Of a stretch of DNA of 31,501 nt, positions 24,275 to 31,501 are shown one piece after another (position 1 is the stretch's first letter; each line of letters starts with the position of its first letter). The stretch covers positions 1 through 31,501 of the forward strand of contig JBHOSQ010000013.1 in assembly GCA_042584585.1 (NCBI GenBank), written 5' to 3'. Both the position numbers and the translations under genes were made by a program. The DNA comes from an archaeon (GTDB lineage: Archaea; B1Sed10-29; WALL01). The notes under the pieces are model-generated. The model did no database searches and was not told the DNA's origin. It was given only the letters and a program-made list of their open reading frames with translations.

Positions 24275-24321
24275 GCCGAAAACAACGAAGAGCAAGGTTA
24301 AATATTTATTGATGCGAAGAG

Positions 24322-24549
24322 TTGAAGAAAGCCGTGGGATTGCTTGACTTCTTGAAGCGCACCGAGCTCGACGAAGACGAAGAAACACTAGTGGCGCTGC
24401 TGAAAAACGGGATAACAAAGCAAAAAGAACTGCTCGCGGCGTCCGGAATGAACCCGGTGAAGTTCAACAAAGTAATGCGGTCGCTCGAAGAAAGAGAGAT
24501 TGCGAAGCGTGAGCCCCACGGAAGAGAGAATACGGTTAAGCTGCTCTAG
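24322..24549 (+). CDS. Small winged-helix protein
   Basis: QKELLAASGMNPVKFNKVMRSLEEREIAKREPHGRENTVKL; TTG start uncertain. Confidence 0.65.
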   Translation: MKKAVGLLDFLKRTELDEDEETLVALLKNGITKQKELLAASGMNPVKFNKVMRSLEEREIAKREPHGRENTVKLL

Positions 24550-24743
24550 CGCCGGGTTTCCTTCAGCACTTTAGGCCCACCGTGAAAGATGTCCCAGTCT
24601 GTGCCAAGGACCAGGTCAAAGTCCCTGCAGCTGCACTTAGAGCACTGGTCGGGCACCTGCCCAAGATGCTTCGTGCCGCAGTCATAGCACTTGTGGTACA
24701 TGAAATCGTCCAAATGCAGTCGAGTCGGTGGAGCCATGCCCAT
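24546..24743 (-). CDS. Small zinc-ribbon protein
   Basis: KCYDCG...CSKCS, two CxxC pairs. Confidence 0.55.
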   Translation of the reverse strand: MGMAPPTRLHLDDFMYHKCYDCGTKHLGQVPDQCSKCSCRDFDLVLGTDWDIFHGGPKVLKETRR

Positions 24744-24814
24744 ACTTTGAACGATGCAAAATATATACATTTCGGTTGGAGCCTTTTTAAACAACGGCAG
24801 CATAATACAACGCC

Positions 24815-25555
24815 GTGAAATGGGAAAAATTCGAGGAAAGTTTCCTGCGGGAAAAGCCCCATGAAAAAGGGTCTGAGCAGCGGCGCATAGAAAAAGAAGT
24901 GTTCGACGAGTTCACGGCGGACACTGTGTGGAAGCTCGCGCGGAAGGGTTACCTGGACTATCTGGGGGGAGTGGTGTCCACTGGCAAGGAGGCCAACGTG
25001 TTCAAGGGCTGGAACCGTGACGGAGTGGCAAAAGCGTACAAGATTTACCGCATCGAGACCAGCAACTTCCAGTCCATGTGGGAGTACATAGAGGGCGACA
25101 GGCGGTTCGAGCACGTGCGGCCCGTCAAGCGGCATATTGTGCTGGCGTGGTGCCAAAAAGAGCTCAAAAACCTCCAGACTGCCCACAGGGCAGGGTGTAG
25201 GGTGCCAAAGCCGGTTTTCAGCCTAAACAACATACTTATAATGCAGTTTATTGGCGGCGAGTTCGGCGCGCCTCTGTTGAAGGACGTCGAATTAGACGAG
25301 CCATCCCAGGTCTACGACTTACTAGCTGAGGACATGAAGAAGCTGTACGCGGCGGGGCTCATCCACGCCGACTTGAGCGAGTTTAACGTACTCTGGTGGC
25401 AAGAAAAGCCGTGGATAATCGACATCGGCCAAGGCGTCCCCCTAAGCCACCCCAAGGCAGACGACTTCTTGAAGCGGGACTGCGAAAACGTGGGAAAATA
25501 CTTTAAAAAGCTCGGTGTCGACACCAAAGGGCTTTACGAGCAAATCACAGGCTAA
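24815..25555 (+). CDS. rio1: RIO1-family serine/threonine kinase
   Basis: STGKEANVF, KIYRIETSNF, IHADLSEFN and IIDIGQ motifs. Confidence 0.95.
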   Translation: MKWEKFEESFLREKPHEKGSEQRRIEKEVFDEFTADTVWKLARKGYLDYLGGVVSTGKEANVFKGWNRDGVAKAYKIYRIETSNFQSMWEYIEGDRRFEHVRPVKRHIVLAWCQKELKNLQTAHRAGCRVPKPVFSLNNILIMQFIGGEFGAPLLKDVELDEPSQVYDLLAEDMKKLYAAGLIHADLSEFNVLWWQEKPWIIDIGQGVPLSHPKADDFLKRDCENVGKYFKKLGVDTKGLYEQITG

Positions 25556-25579
25556 ACAGCGGAGAGCACCATTGGCCTA

Positions 25580-25605
25580 TGGGGGGGCGTCGGGTGACGC
25601 CCCCC
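25580..25605. terminator. GC-rich hairpin between convergent rio1 and RHH genes
   Basis: GGGGGGCGTC-GGGT-GACGCCCCCC perfect stem; terminator or processing role is inferred only. Confidence 0.4.
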
Positions 25606-25628
25606 TAGTCCTTTGAGATTGGGCCCAT

Positions 25629-25841
25629 TTAGCTATACGAGAAGTCCCGCGGGCTGCCCATGGCCTCCACGAAATCCATCAATTCCTCACCATGAGGAGT
25701 CTCGCCGCCCTCCTGCGTCTGGAACAGCAGGCGCAACCCATCACGGATTGCCTCCGACCTCGACGCGTAAAAACCCGCCTTCACAAAGCGATCAAGCGAC
25801 TCGAGCATTGCGTCGGGCATTGAAATAAGGACTTTTGCCAT
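25629..25841 (-). CDS. Ribbon-helix-helix (CopG/Arc/MetJ) protein
   Basis: KVLISMPDAMLESLDRFVKAGFYASRSEAIRDGLR. Confidence 0.88.
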   Translation of the reverse strand: MAKVLISMPDAMLESLDRFVKAGFYASRSEAIRDGLRLLFQTQEGGETPHGEELMDFVEAMGSPRDFSYS

Positions 25842-26018
25842 GTTGTTTATAAACGTTATATCCTATATATATCTTTCGGATACGGCCGCACGGCGCGGTT
25901 TCCCACAGAAACGCAAAATTCAGCAGTAAAACCGCTGATTCTCGGCATTTTAGAGCCGAAAGGTATATAAAGGCACGAAGAGAAAAGGAATATACAAGGT
26001 AAATTGGTAGGATTCGCG

Positions 26019-26540
26019 ATGAACTACGAGGAAATCGTTCTTGTGCCCCAGGAACGCCTGGGCGCCCTCATTGGAGAGCGTGGAAAAATCAAACGGCTTA
26101 TCGAAGAGCGTACAGGGCTTAAAATCGAAATCAACAGCGATTCCGGCGAAGTAAGGATAAAGCGGACTGACGAAAACGCTTCAATGGCCTTGAAGGCCAT
26201 TGACGTGGTGAAGGCTATCGCGTTCGGGTTTTCGCCCACGCAGGCGCTTGAGCTTCTTTCTGACGACATTTACTTGCGGGAGGTCGACCTCAAGGGCGTG
26301 GTCCGGAACGAGAAGGATCTTTTGCGCCAGCGCGCGCGGCTCATCGGAACCAAGGGCAAGGCGCGGCACATGCTTGAGGAGTACACGGGAACGCACATTC
26401 AGATACAGAGAAAGACCGTCGCAATCATTGGCGACGTCATGGCTGTGGAGCTGGCCGCGGAGTCGGTCGGCAAAATCGCGAGCGGCACGCCGCACGGAGA
26501 CGTTTACAAGGACATCCAGAGAAGGCAGGGACTGATATGA
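26019..26540 (+). CDS. KH-domain rRNA-processing protein (Dim2/Pno1)
   Basis: GALIGERG, AIAFGFSP, RLIGTKGKAR and GTPHGDVY motifs; typical position between rio1 and top6B. Confidence 0.93.
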   Translation: MNYEEIVLVPQERLGALIGERGKIKRLIEERTGLKIEINSDSGEVRIKRTDENASMALKAIDVVKAIAFGFSPTQALELLSDDIYLREVDLKGVVRNEKDLLRQRARLIGTKGKARHMLEEYTGTHIQIQRKTVAIIGDVMAVELAAESVGKIASGTPHGDVYKDIQRRQGLI

Positions 26541-28147
26541 CCAAAGCAGACACGATTTTTAAGGAATTCAGGGAGCACAGCGTCGCCCAGTTCTTCAAGA
26601 AGAACAGGCAGATGCTTGGCTATTCAGGAAAAATAAGGAGCTTGACCACGATTGTGCACGAGTACGTCACGAACGGGTTGGACGCGTGCGAGGAAGCGGG
26701 AATCCTGCCGGAGATCCACGTCAAGGTCGAGCAGCTCGGCAACGACCATTACCGCGTCACGAGCACGGACAACGGGCCTGGCATCCCCAAGGCACACGTC
26801 GGAAAAGTGTTTGCGCAGATGCTTGCGGGCACGAAGTTCCACAGGTTTGTGCAGCAGCGCGGCCAGCAGGGAATCGGCGCGAGCGGCTGCACGATGTACG
26901 GCCAAATCACGACGGGCAAGCCCACCAAGATAACCACGTCCACGAAGAAGGGAAAGATTTACGAGGCGGAGATAATGTTCGACGTGAAGAACAACCGCCC
27001 GCTCATTTCGAACGAGCTTACTTACGACGGCGACATGGACGGCACGAAAATTGTTGCCGAGTTCAAGGACGTCACTTTTAATTGGAGCGAGTACGGGCCG
27101 GCCGAGTACATCCGGCGCACTGCGGTGGCGAACCCGCACGCAAAGATTGTTTTCACCTCGCCGGACAAGCAGCGGTTTGTCTACGAGCGCGCGGTGCACA
27201 TTCTGCCGAAGCAGCCCAAGCCGTCAAAGCCCCACCCCCGCGGAATCACGGTCGACGACATGATTGAGTACGCGCAGCACGCGAAGGAAAGGACGATTAA
27301 GTCTTTCCTGACGCAGGCATTCGACCGCATGAGCGGCGCGAAGGCGGACGAGGTCGAGAAGCTGACCAGCATTGACTTCAAGCGCAAGCCGGACAGCGTG
27401 TCGTGGAAGGACGCGGAAGAAATCGTTGACGCAATCAAAAAAGTAAAGTTTTTGGCGCCGAACAGCGCGAACCTTTACCCGATTGGCGAAAAGCAAATCG
27501 AGAAGGCGGTGCTTAATGTTTTGGAGCCGGAGTTCCACTCTGTGCGGACCAGGGCGCCGAGCGTGTACCGCGGTGGCGTGCCATTCATTGTTGAGGTCGG
27601 GATTGCGTTCGGCGGGAAGGCCGGGCGCGGAAACGGCGAGAACGTGAAGGCGGAAGTAATGCGGTTCGCGAACCGTGCGCCGCTTTTGTTCGACGCGGGC
27701 GGCGACGTCATAACAAAAGTCGTTAATGACATTGACTGGAAGCGGTACTCGCTGAAGAAGCTGGACAATGTTCCGGTCACGATTCTTGTGAACGTCACTT
27801 CTACTTACGTGCCGTACACTTCTGCGGGCAAGCAGGCGATTTCGGACGAGGAAGAGATCCGGAAAGAAATCGCGCTGGCGCTCATGGAAGTGGGGCGGCA
27901 CGTCAGCAGCTACATCCGGCGCAAGGTGAAGCACGGGGAAAAGGCGGCAAAGCGCGCAACGCTCTTGAGGTACATCCCTGAGGTGGCTGGCGCCGTGTCG
28001 GGAATGTCCGGCGACAAGAAGAACGACTTGGAGCTTAAGCTGCTTGACTTGGTGAACAAGAAGTACGACGAGGCCAACAGCGAGGACGATTCAGAGGAAG
28101 AAGCGCTCCCGGACGAAAAAGTCGTTGAAGAAGGAGGTGATGAGTGA
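26537..28147 (+). CDS. top6B: DNA topoisomerase VI subunit B
   Basis: EYVTNGLDA, DNGPGIP, GTKFH...RGQQGIGAS, RFANRAPL and VPYTSAGKQ motifs. Confidence 0.97.
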   Translation: MTKADTIFKEFREHSVAQFFKKNRQMLGYSGKIRSLTTIVHEYVTNGLDACEEAGILPEIHVKVEQLGNDHYRVTSTDNGPGIPKAHVGKVFAQMLAGTKFHRFVQQRGQQGIGASGCTMYGQITTGKPTKITTSTKKGKIYEAEIMFDVKNNRPLISNELTYDGDMDGTKIVAEFKDVTFNWSEYGPAEYIRRTAVANPHAKIVFTSPDKQRFVYERAVHILPKQPKPSKPHPRGITVDDMIEYAQHAKERTIKSFLTQAFDRMSGAKADEVEKLTSIDFKRKPDSVSWKDAEEIVDAIKKVKFLAPNSANLYPIGEKQIEKAVLNVLEPEFHSVRTRAPSVYRGGVPFIVEVGIAFGGKAGRGNGENVKAEVMRFANRAPLLFDAGGDVITKVVNDIDWKRYSLKKLDNVPVTILVNVTSTYVPYTSAGKQAISDEEEIRKEIALALMEVGRHVSSYIRRKVKHGEKAAKRATLLRYIPEVAGAVSGMSGDKKNDLELKLLDLVNKKYDEANSEDDSEEEALPDEKVVEEGGDE

Positions 28148-29250
28148 TGGCAAAGACTACTGTTACAGCACGCGACAAGGAAGTGGCGAAGCGCCTGCAC
28201 AGCATTGGCAAGCAAGTCGCGGAAGAAATCAAGAAGGGTGACTCCCCGAGCGTGAAGATGCCGGTGCGGTCGCTGTCGAACATTCACTTCAACGAGAAGA
28301 AAGAGCAATTGGAGTTGGGCACTGCGATGAGCAAGCGCAGCTTCATGAACGTCGCGCACTCCCGGAAGTTCATGCAGACAATGCTTGTCGCGAACTGGGT
28401 GTGCAAAGAGTTGGTTGAAGAAGGAATCACGACAAGCCTTCGTGACATGTACTACGCGTTGAAGCGCACGATTCCGGGCACGAAAGAAAACACTGTCGAG
28501 GAACAGGGCGAGAGCGACCCGATTGTTATTGACATCGAGACGATGCTTGACGTGCTGCGCGAGGAGTTGCACTTGAACGCGGACGTTCGTGGCAGGGTTG
28601 TCGGCAACGTTGTGATTAAGGACCGGGGCGACACGGTCGACTGGTCTAAACTCGGTTCCGGCGGGTGGAGTATTCCATCGAACGTTGAAAACGTTGAGAT
28701 AAAAAAAGTTGACGCGGAATACATTTTGCTTATTGAGAAAAACGCGGCGTTCGAGCGGTTGCACGAGGACAGGTTTTGGGAGTCACAGAAGTGCGTGCTC
28801 ATGACTTCGCAGGGACAGGCCGCGCGTGGAATTCGCAGGTTGGCGAACCGGTTGTCAGTCGACCACAAGATTCCGCTTTACATTTTTACTGACGGCGACG
28901 CTTACGGGTGGTATATTTATTCTGTTATCAAGTGGGGCTCGATGAATCTTGCGCACGTGTCGAATCGGTTGGGCACGAGCAACGCGAAGTTTATTGGGTT
29001 GACGATGACGGACATTGACCACTACGACCTCGGGAATTACACGATTAAGGCGAAGGACTTGGACATCAAGCGCGCCAAGGAACTCAAGAATTACCCGTGG
29101 TTCCAGGACCCAGAGTGGCAGAAAGAGATTGACAAGATGATTAAGGGCCAGCGGAAGGCTGAATTGGAGGCATTGTCTTCGAAGGGCCTCAGGTTCATTA
29201 CGGAGACATATTTGCCTGAAAAGATAGGAAACAAGGACTTCCTGCCGTAA
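28147..29250 (+). CDS. top6A: DNA topoisomerase VI subunit A
   Basis: SLRDMYY (catalytic Tyr), IEKNA, TDGDAYG (Toprim) and KAELEAL motifs; GGAGGTGA upstream. Confidence 0.97.
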   Translation: MAKTTVTARDKEVAKRLHSIGKQVAEEIKKGDSPSVKMPVRSLSNIHFNEKKEQLELGTAMSKRSFMNVAHSRKFMQTMLVANWVCKELVEEGITTSLRDMYYALKRTIPGTKENTVEEQGESDPIVIDIETMLDVLREELHLNADVRGRVVGNVVIKDRGDTVDWSKLGSGGWSIPSNVENVEIKKVDAEYILLIEKNAAFERLHEDRFWESQKCVLMTSQGQAARGIRRLANRLSVDHKIPLYIFTDGDAYGWYIYSVIKWGSMNLAHVSNRLGTSNAKFIGLTMTDIDHYDLGNYTIKAKDLDIKRAKELKNYPWFQDPEWQKEIDKMIKGQRKAELEALSSKGLRFITETYLPEKIGNKDFLP

Positions 29251-29308
29251 AGCTTTTTAAAGGAACCGTGCATAAAATATTCGTCAGGTACACTAGGGAG
29301 TGTCATCA

Positions 29309-29695
29309 ATGGAAATGATACAGACTCGCAACAAGAACGAGCTTTTGAGGGAAATTGGCAACCTTCACCCCGAGACGAAGGAATTGTACATCAACGCCAG
29401 GCCCTCGATGGACATAGTCATGACCATTTTCGAGAACGCCCCCAACCTGGAGCTGCTTGCTTGCCCGCCAAGTTTGCTGAAGCAGACGAGCACTCGGGTG
29501 TTCAAGACGCTTGACAACAAAGGCGTGTCGATTAAGCATCACGAAGTTGGTGTCGGCAGGCCAAAGAAGTACAACAAAAAGTCCATCGGCAAAATCAAGG
29601 AGATGCGCAAAGAGGGAGTGCCCGTGAAAAACATCGCGAAAGAAATGGCAATCCCGCTTCGGACTGTTTACTACCACTTGAAAAACAATAGGTGA
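29309..29695 (+). CDS. DUF1699-like protein with C-terminal HTH
   Basis: LYINARPS...PNLELLACPPSL, GRPKKY and IAKEMAIPLRTVYYHL. Confidence 0.75.
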   Translation: MEMIQTRNKNELLREIGNLHPETKELYINARPSMDIVMTIFENAPNLELLACPPSLLKQTSTRVFKTLDNKGVSIKHHEVGVGRPKKYNKKSIGKIKEMRKEGVPVKNIAKEMAIPLRTVYYHLKNNR

Positions 29696-29742
29696 AGTGA
29701 GTAACCACTTCCTAATTTTCGACGCTCTACAAAAATTAATGT

Positions 29743-29819
29743 GCCCGGATAGCTTAGTCCGGTAGAGCGTTCGGCTGTTAACCGAAAGGTCGCCGGTTCA
29801 AATCCGGCTCCGGGCGCCA
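29743..29819 (+). tRNA. tRNA-Asn(GTT)
   Basis: Acceptor GCCCGGA/TCCGGGC + GCCA; anticodon arm TTCGG-CTGTTAA-CCGAA; T arm GGTTCAAATCC. Confidence 0.96.
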
Positions 29820-29826
29820 TACTTTT

Positions 29827-31005
29827 CTACAGTAGCTTCAGCCGTTTCCCGACTTCTTCGAACTTTTGCAGGCAGTAGTCCAGGTCTTCCGTCGTGTGCT
29901 GCGCAGTCACGATTGTTCGCACGCGCGACTTGTCCTTCGCCACGAGCGGGTAAACAATCGGCTTCACGAACACGCCTTCCTTTAGCATTTCCTTGCTAAG
30001 CATACTCGCGTTCGCCGGCTCACCCACGATGACTGGAGTGATTGGGGTCTCACTGCGCCCGGTGTCGAACCCAAGGTCGTTAAGGCCTTTCTTCAAGTAC
30101 TTCGCGTTGTCCCACAAGTTCTTCAGGTGTTGTGGCTCGTCCTGCACCATTTTGATTGACTCGGCACAAGCCGCCACTACCGCGGGCGGGTGTGCGGTCG
30201 TGAACAAGAAGCTTCGGGCGCGGTTCGTCAGCCAGTCCTTCAGCTCTTCTGTGCCGGCGATGTAGCCGCCAAGGCAGCCGAACGCCTTGGACATCGTGCC
30301 CATGTCAATGTCCACCTTGCCGTGCAGTTTGTAGTGGTCCACGATTCCCCGGCCATCCTTGCCGAGCACGCCGTCTCCGTGCGCGTCGTCAACCATCAGA
30401 ATCGCGTCGTGCTCTTCGCATAATTCAGCGATTTGGTCCAATGGGGCAATGTCCCCGTCCATGCTAAACACGCCGTCACACACGACTAGGCGCCTGCGCT
30501 GGGCCTTGGACTCGACCAATACTTTCCTGAGGCCGTTCATGTCGTTGTGGGGATAAATGTATCGCGCCGACTTTGTCAAGCGGACGCCGTCAATGATGCT
30601 GCCGTGGTTCAACTCGTCGCTGATGATTGCGTCTTCCTTGCCCATGAGGCACTGGATTGTCCCGCGGTTCGCCGCGATTCCCGCGACGAAGACGAGCGAT
30701 TCTTCCGTGCCCTTGAATTTGGCGAGCTGTTCCTCAAACTCCATGTGAATGTCCATTGTGCCGGCGATTTGCCGGACCGCTCCGGTGCCGAAGCCCCACT
30801 TGTCCATCGCGACCTTCGCAGCGGCTACGAGCCGGGGGTGGTTCGCGAACCCTAAGTAGTTGTTCGTCGAAAGAGTGATTACTTCCTGGCCGTTCATAAT
30901 CACTTTGTTCTTCTGCTGGGAGCTGAACACGGGCAATGCCCCGTACAGGTTTTGGTCCTTCAGGTCCTGGACTTCTTTCTTGAGAAACTCTAAGTGGTTA
31001 ACCAT
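29827..31005 (-). CDS. kbl: Glycine C-acetyltransferase / 8-amino-7-oxononanoate synthase family PLP enzyme
   Basis: NNYLGFANHP, SDELNHGSIIDG, DGVFSMDGD, VDDAHG and GTMSKAFG motifs; GAAGGTG upstream of ATG 31005. Confidence 0.88.
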   Translation of the reverse strand: MVNHLEFLKKEVQDLKDQNLYGALPVFSSQQKNKVIMNGQEVITLSTNNYLGFANHPRLVAAAKVAMDKWGFGTGAVRQIAGTMDIHMEFEEQLAKFKGTEESLVFVAGIAANRGTIQCLMGKEDAIISDELNHGSIIDGVRLTKSARYIYPHNDMNGLRKVLVESKAQRRRLVVCDGVFSMDGDIAPLDQIAELCEEHDAILMVDDAHGDGVLGKDGRGIVDHYKLHGKVDIDMGTMSKAFGCLGGYIAGTEELKDWLTNRARSFLFTTAHPPAVVAACAESIKMVQDEPQHLKNLWDNAKYLKKGLNDLGFDTGRSETPITPVIVGEPANASMLSKEMLKEGVFVKPIVYPLVAKDKSRVRTIVTAQHTTEDLDYCLQKFEEVGKRLKLL

Positions 31006-31095
31006 AACAACACCTTCGTATGGAATATACAAATGGACTATAAAAGCGTGGCTACGGCTATAGTCGAAAAAAAGGCCCTAGGGCATTGTACTGGA

Positions 31096-31501
31096 CTACA
31101 ACAGGCCGTTCGCGTCGAGCTTTAGTATCCAGCCGTCGACGGTCGCATCGTTCTTGTAGCCCGCGACTGCGAAGCCGCCGGTGCTCAACTCTGCGATTGC
31201 GCGAGCCTCGTCATTGCCTGTGCAGCCGTACGTGTAGTTCCACAGCTCGCCGCCGCTGGCGTCAATCTTCAGTACCCACGCGTCCAAGTCCACACCGTTG
31301 TTGTACACGCCGGCCATGACGTAGCCCCCAGTGGTCTCGATGATTTCCCAAGCGGAGTCGCCACCGTTGCCGCTGTCGAACGTGTAGTTCCAAAGCGCAG
31401 TGCCGTCCGAGCCGTTGAGCTTGATGACCCACATGTCGTTGTCGACGGTATTGTCCGCAATTCCAGCCACGAGGAAGTCGCCGGCGCTGTTCTCGATGAC
31501 G
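31096..31501 (-). CDS. C-terminal part of a repeat-containing (beta-propeller-like) surface or secreted protein
   Basis: Three repeats of about 50 aa: GG(Y/F)xxAG...DxW(V/I)xK(L/I)xxxG...WNYT; the 5' end lies beyond the window. Confidence 0.75.
   Translation of the reverse strand, partial: VIENSAGDFLVAGIADNTVDNDMWVIKLNGSDGTALWNYTFDSGNGGDSAWEIIETTGGYVMAGVYNNGVDLDAWVLKIDASGGELWNYTYGCTGNDEARAIAELSTGGFAVAGYKNDATVDGWILKLDANGLL

Overview
Archaeal chromosomal window. TATA-box promoters, GGTGA ribosome-binding sites, L35Ae/L40e, topoisomerase VI, Rio1, Dim2 and a CTP-dependent riboflavin kinase support the domain; a DPANN-like lineage is plausible but unproven. It holds about 40 mostly housekeeping or transport CDSs, four tRNAs (Ala-CGC, Leu-TAG, Glu-TTC, Asn-GTT), several orphan ORFs, and no recognisable transposase, integrase or CRISPR array. 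The most unusual signal is non-coding: two dispersed families of modular structured repeats, mostly directly 3' of tRNAs or genes. Family 1 (4 units) has conserved flanks CCCTTTTYCTGT...GGAAAAGCG-N5-GGAAAA around exchangeable internal hairpins. One of those hairpins (GACGTTGAC-CAAA-GTCAACGTC) also occurs alone, in frame, inside the low-complexity tail of PEP synthase. Family 2 (3 copies) is AAC-loop hairpin, GGCACGTTAGRC, RCAAG-loop hairpin, with compensatory changes in both stems and optional extra hairpins. Other points: an unannotated eL41-like peptide between two tRNAs, a degenerate archaeal riboflavin-synthase paralogue, and helically phased TCATGA palindromes at a wHTH promoter. All calls come from reading the sequence; no searches were run.
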